DNA of 43,635 bases from a virus. Its lineage: Duplodnaviria; Caudoviricetes. The translations under genes and the position numbers were made by a program. The notes under the pieces are model-generated. The model worked only from the letters and a program-made list of their open reading frames with translations. It made no database searches and was not told the DNA's origin. Shown here piece after piece: positions 1-8,330 of the stretch. Position 1 is the stretch's first letter. Each line of letters opens with the position of its first letter. The stretch spans positions 1-43,635 of the IMG/VR virus record IMGVR_UViG_3300010052_000146; one strand, 5' to 3'.

Positions 1-1296
1 CTAATTCCCTCCTCGCTTCCCCATCGCCTTCAAGGCGGCGGCCTGGTGATCCGGCCGATGGTGGCCGTAGTCGTCAATCAGGGTCTTGGGGTTCATGCCC
101 AAATAGCCGCTGGCTTCCCAGACGTCGGCCCCGTTCTCCATGAGCCAGGTCGCAGCGCTGTGGCGCTGCCAGTGCGGCGTAATCGCGGGATCTAGTCCGG
201 CGTCGGCGACGCAGCCCGCGTAGCCACGCCGGATGCGGCCGGCGAGAGGCCGGCCGCCGTGGTGGATGATGGCGCTGGTGGTCGTCAGCTCTCGCTTGGC
301 GCGCTCGGCCATCAGCGTCTCGTCGGCGGCCTTCCATCGCCGCATGTGGGCGAGCAGGCGCGGCGGGATGCGGACCAGCGGCCGGCGCTTGGTCTTGTGG
401 TCCTTCTCCTTCTTGCCGCGACGATAGATCACCGCCGCGTCGAGGTCGGCCCACGCCTGAACGGGGCTCTCGTGCCACAGCAGCTTCGGAATCACGCCAG
501 GGCGGGTTCCGGTGTAGAGCCCGATGAGGATGAAGCGTCTCAGGTGGGCGCGGTTCGCGCGCGACGAATCCTGCAGCCGCTTCCATCTCCCGTCCACCAG
601 GCGGTAGCCCATCGACGCCTTCAGCAGCGCCGCGGCTTGCGACCTGGTCAGTGCATCGCGATTGCTCTCCGGCTTTTCGGGAAGCCAGACCTTGGGGCGC
701 TTGATCAGGTGATACTCGTCGTCCCAGTACCCGATCGCGGCCGACAGGTCCTCCAGCTCGCGCCGGGCGCCCTGTTCGGTGACGTAGCGCAGTCCGGTCT
801 GATCGGTCGCCGCCGCCCCTGGATCGAGCGCCGCCTTCGCAGCCTTGAACGACTTGACCGGCTGGGTGATCCGGTGGGCCACGTAGGCCTGGCAACTGGA
901 GCGCCGCACGTCCGAAACGACCTGTTCGCCAAAGTAGGCCAGCAAGGTTCTGACGCGGATAGCGGTGGAGCCGGGATCGCTCAGCGTCGGCGCACGGCCC
1001 TTGGCGTAGTACGCCAGGACCTCCGCAATCAGGAGCCGATCGGGATCACTGCGGCGCTCGGCCTCGGCGGCTGGGCTGGCCGCTTCCGTGGGCCGCGGCG
1101 CCCACTTTTCGGCGATGTAGGCCGCGAGCTGCGACTCTGCACCGTCAGGGCCGTGCAGGCCGTCAGGGCCGCAGCCTGTGCTGATCTCAGTCGATCCGTC
1201 TCGGATGAAATAGATGTCGGGCAGCCGCCGGCCCGAGCGGTTGTCGGTGCGGCCTTTGCGGAGATAGAGGCGGGGGCCTTTGGCGGGACGCGGCAT
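1..1296 (-). CDS. int: Tyrosine recombinase (phage integrase)
   Basis: Catalytic motifs LYTGTRPG (R), PHWQRH (HxxR) and DDYGHH (Y); MPRPAKGPRL N-terminus typical of alphaproteobacterial prophage integrases. Confidence 0.95.
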   Translation of the reverse strand: MPRPAKGPRLYLRKGRTDNRSGRRLPDIYFIRDGSTEISTGCGPDGLHGPDGAESQLAAYIAEKWAPRPTEAASPAAEAERRSDPDRLLIAEVLAYYAKGRAPTLSDPGSTAIRVRTLLAYFGEQVVSDVRRSSCQAYVAHRITQPVKSFKAAKAALDPGAAATDQTGLRYVTEQGARRELEDLSAAIGYWDDEYHLIKRPKVWLPEKPESNRDALTRSQAAALLKASMGYRLVDGRWKRLQDSSRANRAHLRRFILIGLYTGTRPGVIPKLLWHESPVQAWADLDAAVIYRRGKKEKDHKTKRRPLVRIPPRLLAHMRRWKAADETLMAERAKRELTTTSAIIHHGGRPLAGRIRRGYAGCVADAGLDPAITPHWQRHSAATWLMENGADVWEASGYLGMNPKTLIDDYGHHRPDHQAAALKAMGKRGGN

Positions 1297-1529
1297 GGTT
1301 CCGGTGTAAAGAGAGCGGCCACGGCGGCCGGGGTGACGAACAATAGCCCTCTGACCCGCGCCGCCGTCAAATGGCCCCGGTTGATCGCGGTGCGCAGGCT
1401 GGCGACGGTCAGCGGCCCATCTGGCCAGAACACGGCGATGTACTCCACCAGGGTCATCTGGTCATCGTCGGCCCAGGCCTCGCGGCCCGGCCGGCGCTCG
1501 ATCCGGGCGAGGGGGGAGGGCCTAGCCAT
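1029..1529 (-). CDS. Putative excisionase / winged-helix DNA-binding protein overlapping int
   Basis: MTLVEY...FWPDGPLTVASLRTAINRGHLTAARVRGLLFVTPAAV resembles a MerR/Xis-type HTH; GAGGA SD before ATG at 1529; directly upstream of int. Confidence 0.65.
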   Translation of the reverse strand: MARPSPLARIERRPGREAWADDDQMTLVEYIAVFWPDGPLTVASLRTAINRGHLTAARVRGLLFVTPAAVAALFTPEPCRVPPKAPASISAKAAPTTARAGGCPTSISSETDRLRSAQAAALTACTALTVQSRSSRPTSPKSGRRGPRKRPAQPPRPSAAVIPIGS

Positions 1530-1980
1530 GGTCGGCGTCCTCTTCCTCACAATAGCGCTGCCAATCGCCTTCCCCGCGCACCCAGGCGTTGGCGCAGTCC
1601 TGGCATAGGTCCTCGCCGTCCAGGTTGGTGATCGCCCGCGCGCCGGGGTGATGGATGCACTCGGGTTCCGCGAGGATTTCGATGGCGGCGCCGAACGCGC
1701 GGGCAGTCAGGTGCAGCGTGCGAGCTTGGACGGACATCTTGTCCTGAGCCGAACGCCAGTGAGCATCGGAAACTGGGTATCCGTAGGTTTCCAGAGCCTT
1801 CGCCAGCAGCAGGCCCTTTTCGCGGACGTCATCGAGCGCGCAGATGAAAGCCGTCGCGGCATACATCATTGCCTCGCCGAGCTTCATGGTGGCGATAGCG
1901 TCGCTGGCGTCGTCCTTGCTCCACGCCCTACACGCGGCATCCCAGGTGCGGCGCGCTTCGTCTAGGCCCTTAACCGCCAT
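1522..1980 (-). CDS. Hypothetical phage protein with C-terminal Cys/His cluster
   Basis: Start MAVKG at 1980 overlaps the stop of the upstream gene; CIHHP...LCQDC possible zinc site. Confidence 0.6.
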   Translation of the reverse strand: MAVKGLDEARRTWDAACRAWSKDDASDAIATMKLGEAMMYAATAFICALDDVREKGLLLAKALETYGYPVSDAHWRSAQDKMSVQARTLHLTARAFGAAIEILAEPECIHHPGARAITNLDGEDLCQDCANAWVRGEGDWQRYCEEEDADHG

Positions 1981-2263
1981 GCCGAGCCCCCTGGAGCGCG
2001 CGAATTCGAGGCGCGTCGGGAGCGAACTGCGCGAGCTTGCCTTCGCCTTCGGCGGTCCATCGCCGCGCCTCGTCGCGCGCTTCCATGTAGTCGAGCCACA
2101 TGGCCGCGCCGTCGCTAGTGCGGCGACGCCATGCGCGCCAGGTCGCATTTATCTGAGTGCGGAGGGGTTGGGGCAGCGCCCTCCAGTGCGGCGTGCACAT
2201 AAACTGGCTCGGGCTACGCGCACACGCGCAGCCGACGGCTTGGCAGATGAGCGCCGCCATCAA
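1970..2263 (-). CDS. Small putative zinc-binding phage protein
   Basis: CQAVGC...FMCTPHWRALP motif (C-x4-C...CxxH); coupled to neighbours. Confidence 0.7.
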   Translation of the reverse strand: MMAALICQAVGCACARSPSQFMCTPHWRALPQPLRTQINATWRAWRRRTSDGAAMWLDYMEARDEARRWTAEGEGKLAQFAPDAPRIRALQGARHGG

Positions 2264-2760
2264 ACCCGCCCTCCATGCTGAGCCAGGACAGCGTCCGCCG
2301 CGCTCAGGATTTCAGAGAGCTGGCAGTCGGTGAAAAGCGTGCCTTGCGCAAATAGCGTGACGTAGCCGGCATAGCTTTCGCCCTCCGCCACGTCGACCTC
2401 TGACGACGGCACAGCGATCCGGTCGCCGGGCCGCGCGTGCGCTGCGCCAAAGCATCGCGCGTGCATGTCTACTTCGCCCGCCGGCACCTGAACCTCGTCG
2501 GGGTAGACCATTTGGCCGCAGGCCTCGCATTGGGGATAGTAGTCACCCTCAAAAGAGGTTCGCAGCAGCGAGGCTGTCTCCCTCAATTCCTGCACCAGCG
2601 CCGACCGTGGGACGATTGGGCGACGGTGCAACTTGTCGCCTCGTTCAATCGCGCGGATGAGGTTCTGAGCGTGGCACGCGGCGTTCTCGCGCCAGTGCTG
2701 GCGATCATGGATCAGCGCCCCAGCGATCAGGGGCATGACGTCGAAGGGAGGCGTGTTCAT
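2260..2760 (-). CDS. Hypothetical phage protein (CxxC...HxxC motif)
   Basis: Start MNTPPF at 2760 coupled to upstream stop; CEACG...MHARC. Confidence 0.6.
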   Translation of the reverse strand: MNTPPFDVMPLIAGALIHDRQHWRENAACHAQNLIRAIERGDKLHRRPIVPRSALVQELRETASLLRTSFEGDYYPQCEACGQMVYPDEVQVPAGEVDMHARCFGAAHARPGDRIAVPSSEVDVAEGESYAGYVTLFAQGTLFTDCQLSEILSAADAVLAQHGGRV

Positions 2761-3161
2761 CACGCAGCCCTCCGGCGCTGGAGGCCGCCCAGGCGGCCAA
2801 GCGGTTCCAGGGAGGCGAGCGCCGCTCGCAGGGCTTCGGCATTGCGGCCTTTCAGCCAGGCGTAGCCGATGAAGCGGGTGCGGTGGCCGAGCTGGTCTTC
2901 GGCGTAGACCCCGACGACCCGGCGCGGGCTGTCTTCGCCCTTCACCATGATTCGGTCGTCGCGCAGGTGCAGGGCCTGGTCGCGACGATCGCGGTGGATG
3001 CGCCGGACCAGCGCCGGCAGATCGGCGAAGACTGCCGGCTTGGTCAGCGGCGAGAGGTTGGGCAGCAGGGCGTAGTCGTAGTGGGCAGGCAAGGTCGGCC
3101 TCCTGAAATAGGCGACGGCGTCGGAAACGGCGGGGCGGGAGCGCTTGAGGCGCGGCGTCAT
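2760..3161 (-). CDS. Hypothetical phage protein
   Basis: 133-aa ORF with start/stop overlaps on both sides. Confidence 0.6.
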   Translation of the reverse strand: MTPRLKRSRPAVSDAVAYFRRPTLPAHYDYALLPNLSPLTKPAVFADLPALVRRIHRDRRDQALHLRDDRIMVKGEDSPRRVVGVYAEDQLGHRTRFIGYAWLKGRNAEALRAALASLEPLGRLGGLQRRRAA

Positions 3162-5767
3162 TCGTCGTCCTCGGCGTAAGGGCGCTCGACCAGCAGGGAG
3201 CGGACGCTGCGGTGGCGGGCGGCGGCATAGTTCGGGGCGACCATCGGATAGTCGCGCGGCAGGCCCCAGCGGTGGCGATAGGCGTCCGGTTCCAGGCCAT
3301 AGGCCGCCCGAAGGTGCTGGGTCAGGCTGAGGAACTTTCGGCCGTCCTCCAGACAGGTGATGTGGTCGGGCGTGATCGAGCGGCGGATGGGGACGGCCGG
3401 CTTGCGCTCTTCCTCTGACGCCAGCTTGACGTCGGCGATCACGAACGCGGCTTCCGTCTCCGCGACCACGGCGTTGAGCGTGGCCATGACCAGCAGGACC
3501 CGCGCCTGGACCAGGTCGGGATGCTCCTGGCCGTCGCTGTCCACGGTGAAGAACGGCGCGCCGCTGGCGTCGAAGATCACACCCAACTCGTCGCCCGTAC
3601 CGGCCGTCAGCGGGAAGCGGACTCCAACGCGATCGAACAGGTCCGCGCGCGAGAAGTCGTCGCTGCGTTCGATTTCCTCGCTCACGCAGTAGAGGGCTTC
3701 CCGCGCCTTCCTGTCGGCGACCTCGTCCACCAGCTCGTCAGCGTCGTGGTCCTGCGGCGCGGGGGCGGCGCTGGCCGGCTCATCCACCACGTTCAGCCAG
3801 GGGGTGCGGTATTCCGCGATCAGCTCGCGCGGCCAGCCGGCGGCTTCGTTCGCGTCCTCCAGCGCTTCGTCGGTCAGGTCCTGTTCGTCGGCCCAGGCTT
3901 GGCCCTGATCGGTCATGGCCGCGTGCGGCCCGTTAGGGAACACATGGCTGACCTTGATCAGGCGCAGATCGTTGGCGAGCCGCGCGAAGGACGCGTCGAG
4001 CCAGTACTTGCGAACCTGGGTCCAGCGCTCGCCCGTCACAGCGCCATCGTAGCCGTCGTCACCGTTGGCGAGCTTCATCGCCAGCTCCAGCATGGCGAGC
4101 CGTTCGAGGGGCGTCAGCTCGCGGAGCTGTGCCGGGGCGGCGGTCGGCGCGGGCGCGGCGTCGCGCTTTCCCCCTCCCCCACTGTTACGTGGTCCGCCGC
4201 CCTCGGCGATGCGCCGCGCCTCGTTGGCGCGAGTCAGGTTGGGGAAGCGGCGGCCGTTGACCACCAGGGGGTCATCGAAGACCAGCCAAGACTCGGGGAC
4301 CTGCAGCAGCGGGAGCTGGGGACGCTCGGCGATTTTCGCCTCCAGCCACGGCGCGTGCTGTTGCTCCACCAAGCGGGGTCGATGATCCTTGGTGTTGATC
4401 AGGCCGACGATATGCCGCGTCACCACTTCACACAGCGTCGCCCGGCCACGGAGGCCGAGGCATGAGCGGTAGCCGGTGTCGCTGAGGAAGGGCGCGTTTA
4501 GGTCATGGACATGCAGTTCGACATCGCCTCCGGGCGTGTATCGCGAAGGGCGTCCTCGCGCCGCGACGACGACGGGCATTCCGTTGATGTCGATCATGAA
4601 CAGGCCCTGTTGGCCGTACATCGGCGGCTCGCCGTCCGGCGCGGCGAGCGCGGCGGCGACGACGTCCGTCGCTGAGGGGCGCCCCTCCCGCGGGGCGGCC
4701 GACCCACTCGCCTCCCCGCCATTGAAGGCGTAGACGACCTGGTCGTAGCGCTCGGCCGCGGCGCACGCCGCGTTGGTATCGCCGCGGCGGATGGCGGCGT
4801 CGTACTCGTGCAGCTCGGCCAGCGCGGTCTTCAGGAGTTCGGCGCGGTCTTCGCCCTGAGGCTCCGGCGCGTCCAGATATGCCATATGGGCAGGGCGCGG
4901 AGGCGCCACCTCTTCCACGTCGATCTGATGGGGCTCGGGCTCCGCCGGCTTGGGGACTTTCACGGCGTTGCGCAGCCATTCCCAGGTGTGGTCGGGGCCG
5001 CCGGCCTCGTGCAGGGCGATGTCTTCGGGCGAGGCCTCGCGCAGGACCTTGGTCATTTCCTGAACGGTGCGCGGATCGCGGCCGGTGCGCAGCGCAGCCT
5101 CGCGCGCCGACCAACCGGTTTCCGCGATCAGCTCGGCATAGGCCCTCGCCTCTTCGATCAGGGTCAGGTTGGCCCGCTGGCCGTTCTCGACCAGGGCGAG
5201 ATAGCTGACCTGGCCGGCGGATCGTTCGCGCTGGATCGCGCGCAGTCGGCGGTCGGTCGGCCACAGGCCACGCTCGATCAGCAGGCCCACCGCGCGCCAG
5301 CGGCGTTCGCCCGCGGCGATGTCGTGGACCCCGTCATTATCCGGCGGGAAGACCACCAGGTTCTGAAGGACGTCCCCCGCGTCATGGATGGTCGCGGCTA
5401 GCGCCTCCAGCTCGGCCTCGTCGATGCGCTTGCGCGGCTGGAGCGGATTGGGGCGCAGCTCGTGGTGCGCCAGCATCATGACGTCGGTCGCCCCCCCGCC
5501 CTCGGCGACGGCCGCCCCGTTGGCCACGTCGATCGCGTGCAGCGCTCGGCGGCCGGCGTCGGTCAGGTCGAAGGGCTTGTCGTGGGTGACCAGGCCGTCG
5601 CGGTGGAGCAGGTCGAGCTGGCGGGCGAGGTTCTTGGAGTCGCGGCCCGAGGCAGCGGCGACGGCTTTCAGATCGGCCAACGGGCCGCCCGCGAAGGCGC
5701 GCAGGATGTCGACATTCTGGAGCGCGACGACCGTCAGGGCCGAAGGCGCAGGCGTGGGGGCGTTCAT
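3158..5767 (-). CDS. Multidomain protein: N-terminal HTH + ParB/Srx CTPase + HTH + KlcB-like region + C-terminal Ros/MucR zinc finger
   Basis: NPLQPRK, AAGERRWRA (GxRR) and ENGQRANL ParB motifs; PPMYGQQG...PFLSDTGYRS resembles KlcB; PAVPIRRSITPDHITCLEDGRKF...RWGLPRDYPMVAPNY is the MucR DNA-binding domain. Confidence 0.88.
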   Translation of the reverse strand: MNAPTPAPSALTVVALQNVDILRAFAGGPLADLKAVAAASGRDSKNLARQLDLLHRDGLVTHDKPFDLTDAGRRALHAIDVANGAAVAEGGGATDVMMLAHHELRPNPLQPRKRIDEAELEALAATIHDAGDVLQNLVVFPPDNDGVHDIAAGERRWRAVGLLIERGLWPTDRRLRAIQRERSAGQVSYLALVENGQRANLTLIEEARAYAELIAETGWSAREAALRTGRDPRTVQEMTKVLREASPEDIALHEAGGPDHTWEWLRNAVKVPKPAEPEPHQIDVEEVAPPRPAHMAYLDAPEPQGEDRAELLKTALAELHEYDAAIRRGDTNAACAAAERYDQVVYAFNGGEASGSAAPREGRPSATDVVAAALAAPDGEPPMYGQQGLFMIDINGMPVVVAARGRPSRYTPGGDVELHVHDLNAPFLSDTGYRSCLGLRGRATLCEVVTRHIVGLINTKDHRPRLVEQQHAPWLEAKIAERPQLPLLQVPESWLVFDDPLVVNGRRFPNLTRANEARRIAEGGGPRNSGGGGKRDAAPAPTAAPAQLRELTPLERLAMLELAMKLANGDDGYDGAVTGERWTQVRKYWLDASFARLANDLRLIKVSHVFPNGPHAAMTDQGQAWADEQDLTDEALEDANEAAGWPRELIAEYRTPWLNVVDEPASAAPAPQDHDADELVDEVADRKAREALYCVSEEIERSDDFSRADLFDRVGVRFPLTAGTGDELGVIFDASGAPFFTVDSDGQEHPDLVQARVLLVMATLNAVVAETEAAFVIADVKLASEEERKPAVPIRRSITPDHITCLEDGRKFLSLTQHLRAAYGLEPDAYRHRWGLPRDYPMVAPNYAAARHRSVRSLLVERPYAEDDE

Positions 5768-5786
5768 TGACTTGGTCCCTTGGGAC

Positions 5787-6176
5787 TTAGGCCGCGTATT
5801 CGAAGGCTTCGGGCGGAGCCCAGCCGGCGGCGTGCAGGTTGCTGAGGATTTCGCGGACCTGGTCGAGCGACATGCCGTCCCAGATGACGGCGATGACGAC
5901 CGGGTCCGCGCCGGTGGAAAGGTAGGGGACCATGTGCGCCGGCGGGTCGGAGAGAAGATCGATCTCCCCGCCCGCCGCCTCGACCGCGGCGACGGACTGC
6001 GGCGCCCGGGCGATGCGGCGGAGGATGGCGCGGACGACCAGAACGGGGTCCTTGTTCCAGAAGTCCCGCCAGCGGCGCGGGCTGGCGACGTCGTCGTGTT
6101 CCACGTCGGGGGCGAAGGGCGTCAGGTGGACGCCGATTGCCCGCTGCGTGGAGACGCGAGCGGCGCTCGCGTTCAC
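5787..6176 (-). CDS. Hypothetical protein
   Basis: 129-aa ORF coupled (GTGA overlap) to the upstream gene. Confidence 0.55.
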   Translation of the reverse strand: MNASAARVSTQRAIGVHLTPFAPDVEHDDVASPRRWRDFWNKDPVLVVRAILRRIARAPQSVAAVEAAGGEIDLLSDPPAHMVPYLSTGADPVVIAVIWDGMSLDQVREILSNLHAAGWAPPEAFEYAA

Positions 6177-6541
6177 CGCCAGACGCCGAAGAACCGGGCT
6201 TCGGTGGCGGGCCGCCCCTGGGCGAAGGCGAGATAGCTGGCGCTGGCCCGCTTCTCGGATTCGTCTGCGGCGAGGTCGAGCTGATCGGCGTGCTCGCCCG
6301 CCTCCAGATAGGCGGCGTCGGCGCGAAGGCAGCGGGCCAGGAACCGGGCGTCGCTGGAGGTTAGGACTTCGCGGCCGCCATCGCCCAAGCGGGCGATCAC
6401 CATGGCCTCGACCTTGGCCCCGGTGCGGACGCCGAGCGGGGTCAGGACCAGGGACGGCGACGGCTGGCTCTCGAGCTGCAGGATCACCGCGGCGATCCGC
6501 TCGGCCTCCAGGCTGATGGGCGTGTGGATTTGAGCGGCCAT
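6173..6541 (-). CDS. Hypothetical protein
   Basis: 122-aa ORF with GGGGGA SD. Confidence 0.6.
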   Translation of the reverse strand: MAAQIHTPISLEAERIAAVILQLESQPSPSLVLTPLGVRTGAKVEAMVIARLGDGGREVLTSSDARFLARCLRADAAYLEAGEHADQLDLAADESEKRASASYLAFAQGRPATEARFFGVWR

Positions 6542-6544
6542 CGC

Positions 6545-6925
6545 CTACAGTCCCCCGTCTTGAGCGGAGGGAGCCGATGACGGCGGACGAGTTGAAACTG
6601 AAGGTCGAGGCTCTGGAAGTTGTTCTGGGGCTGGTGATTGGTCACCTGCCGCCGGAGACGCAAGGCGCGCTGAGCAGGTTGCGCACAGACCTTCACCGGG
6701 GAGAGGAACTTGACCGGCGGGGGATCGACCGTCGCCTGTCGCTTCCGATTGACGACGTTCTGCTGCGCGCCGGGCTGCCCGCGCTTTGAGCCAGGCGCCG
6801 GCCTCGCGGATGTTCCGATAGATTCTGTCGCCGACTATGAGCTTTTCGCGCTCGCCGGCCGGGCTCAGCGGAAACGGGGCATCCCAGTCCGCATCGGCCA
6901 GGATGTCGTGGTCTTTCGTATGCAT
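6545..6925 (-). CDS. Hypothetical first gene of the early-left operon
   Basis: AGGGGGAG SD before ATG; stops 3 nt before the next gene; C-terminal half is low-complexity where it overlaps 6577-6789. Confidence 0.45.
   Translation of the reverse strand: MHTKDHDILADADWDAPFPLSPAGEREKLIVGDRIYRNIREAGAWLKARAARRAAERRQSEATGDGRSPAGQVPLPGEGLCATCSARLASPAAGDQSPAPEQLPEPRPSVSTRPPSSAPSAQDGGL
6577..6789 (+). CDS. Small hypothetical protein nested antisense in the early-left operon
   Basis: GGAGGGAG SD; protein-like helical sequence MTADELKLKVEALEVVLGLVIG. Confidence 0.55.
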   Translation: MTADELKLKVEALEVVLGLVIGHLPPETQGALSRLRTDLHRGEELDRRGIDRRLSLPIDDVLLRAGLPAL

Positions 6926-7066
6926 GGGCGCTCCCCCTCTGAAGGAAGGCGCCCGCGGCCAGGGCTGACTTACGGAATGGGCTAGACCGCCCCCCGAGTT
7001 CGGAGTTCGGCCAGGCCTAGGCGCGGGCGCTCAACGCCGTTGCGTCGGCGTCGAGGGAGAGGATTG

Positions 7067-7136
7067 GGACTATTGGTCCATAACGTCAAGACCGTGATCA
7101 GGACTTTTGGTAATTTTTGTCCATGACCGATTGTCC
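7067..7136. promoter_or_regulatory. Left operator/promoter (OL/PL-like)
   Basis: GGACTATTGGTCC 7067-7079, GGACTTTTGGTAA 7101-7113, GTAATTTTTGTCC 7110-7122, TGACCGATTGTCC 7124-7136; minus-strand TTGACG -35 at 7084-7089. Confidence 0.7.
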
Positions 7137-7178
7137 CGCCTTGGCCTGCTGGTCATCGACCAACGGCAAAGGTAGCCG

Positions 7179-7793
7179 CTACCGCCGCCGCCAAGGCCAC
7201 GCCGCGTGCATACGGCTGACCTGAGTGAGGGGGAGCTTGATTTCGCGCTCCGGGTTGTACTGGAACAGGAAGACGTAGCCGTCCTTCTGTCCTCGATATT
7301 CCTTCACAATCCCCGTCCCATCGCGCAGTTCGACGAGGACGTCCTCGTTGCGCACAGGCGGGATATCGGGCTCCACGACCACCTGTTCGCCGGATCGCAG
7401 TCGGGGGTGCATACTCTCGCCAACCAGCCGCAGGATAAAGGCTCCTGGCCGCATGATGCCGGCCGGCACGGTGATCTCGTCTAGGACTTGATCGCTCGCA
7501 AGCGCGACCCGGTCGTCACCGCCCAGGGCGGCATAGCCAAAGACCCGCACCCGCTGACCGGACCGGGCAGGCATAGCGCTCTCGCCAGACGCCCCAGCCT
7601 CGCCCGCCAGGAAAGACTGGATCACCTCAAGCTGACTCGCGGTGGGCTCGGTGTCCCGCTTCAGGCGCCTCGCGAGGTCGCTAGGGTCCAAGCCCAGCTT
7701 TTTCGCGAGCTGGTTCTTCGCACCGCGGGGCTTCTCTTCAAGTCGGTCGGCGATCGCACGCCAGGTCAGGATGTCGGCCATGAGGGCGAACAT
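7179..7793 (-). CDS. cI: CI-like repressor, HTH + S24 autopeptidase
   Basis: HTH KNQLAKKLGLDPSDLARRL; catalytic Ser in GESMHP and Lys in IVKEY; divergent from the cro-like gene; start could be 7781. Confidence 0.9.
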   Translation of the reverse strand: MFALMADILTWRAIADRLEEKPRGAKNQLAKKLGLDPSDLARRLKRDTEPTASQLEVIQSFLAGEAGASGESAMPARSGQRVRVFGYAALGGDDRVALASDQVLDEITVPAGIMRPGAFILRLVGESMHPRLRSGEQVVVEPDIPPVRNEDVLVELRDGTGIVKEYRGQKDGYVFLFQYNPEREIKLPLTQVSRMHAAWPWRRR

Positions 7794-7819
7794 CGGTGGA
7801 AAACCGGCGCGAGCGGTAT

Positions 7820-7880
7820 TGACCGATAGGCCGCGAATCACAGACCTCATACATGACGATTAGTCTTGGACTTTTAGTCC
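7820..7880. promoter_or_regulatory. Right operator region (OR-like)
   Basis: TGACCGATAGGCC 7820-7832, TGACGATTAGTCT 7854-7866, GGACTTTTAGTCC 7868-7880 between divergent cI and cro. Confidence 0.7.
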
Positions 7881-7893
7881 TATGATAGAGACC

Positions 7894-8142
7894 ATGAAAA
7901 ATAGCAACGCTCCAGCCTCTCTTTCCCCCTCCAGGCGAGTCCGCCAGTTGCTTGGCGCGAAGAAGCTCGCGGTGCTGTGCGACCGGACGACCGATGCCGT
8001 CCGCAAATGGGACCGGCCGCGCTCCAAGGGCGGACTGGGCGGGCTGGTCCCTGCCGAGTTCCAGGCCCGCATCCTCGCGGCGATCAGGAACGACGGTCAC
8101 CCGTTCACCGCTGCGGATCTGATCGCGGAGCCGGTGCAATGA
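7894..8142 (+). CDS. Cro-like HTH regulator
   Basis: LLGAKKLAVLCDRTTDAVRKW...GGLGGLVP; divergent from cI. Confidence 0.8.
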   Translation: MKNSNAPASLSPSRRVRQLLGAKKLAVLCDRTTDAVRKWDRPRSKGGLGGLVPAEFQARILAAIRNDGHPFTAADLIAEPVQ

Positions 8143-8330
8143 CCTCCGCCAATCCCCCCTGCCCGCACCTCTGCGAGGCCTGTGTAGATCGCATCGCGGC
8201 CCGGGTGATGGAGATCATCACTTCCTGGCCCACCGTCGAAATCGCCTCGGAAATCCACGCCGTGGCGGACACCGTGCGTGCCCACACGGCGTCGATCGAG
8301 GACGCCGCCCGCCGGGTGAACCGGCTATGA
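8139..8330 (+). CDS. Small hypothetical protein
   Basis: ATGA-coupled to cro; CPHLCEAC. Confidence 0.5.
   Translation: MTSANPPCPHLCEACVDRIAARVMEIITSWPTVEIASEIHAVADTVRAHTASIEDAARRVNRL

Noticed and set aside
2761-3300. N-terminal extension of the 346-aa ORF 2260-3300
   Set aside because: Overlaps two better genes; real start is likely 2760
5768-5792. GTCCC-TT-GGGAC palindrome and GAC/GTCC half-sites upstream of the ParB fusion
   Set aside because: Spacing does not fit the N5 operator; too short to support a call
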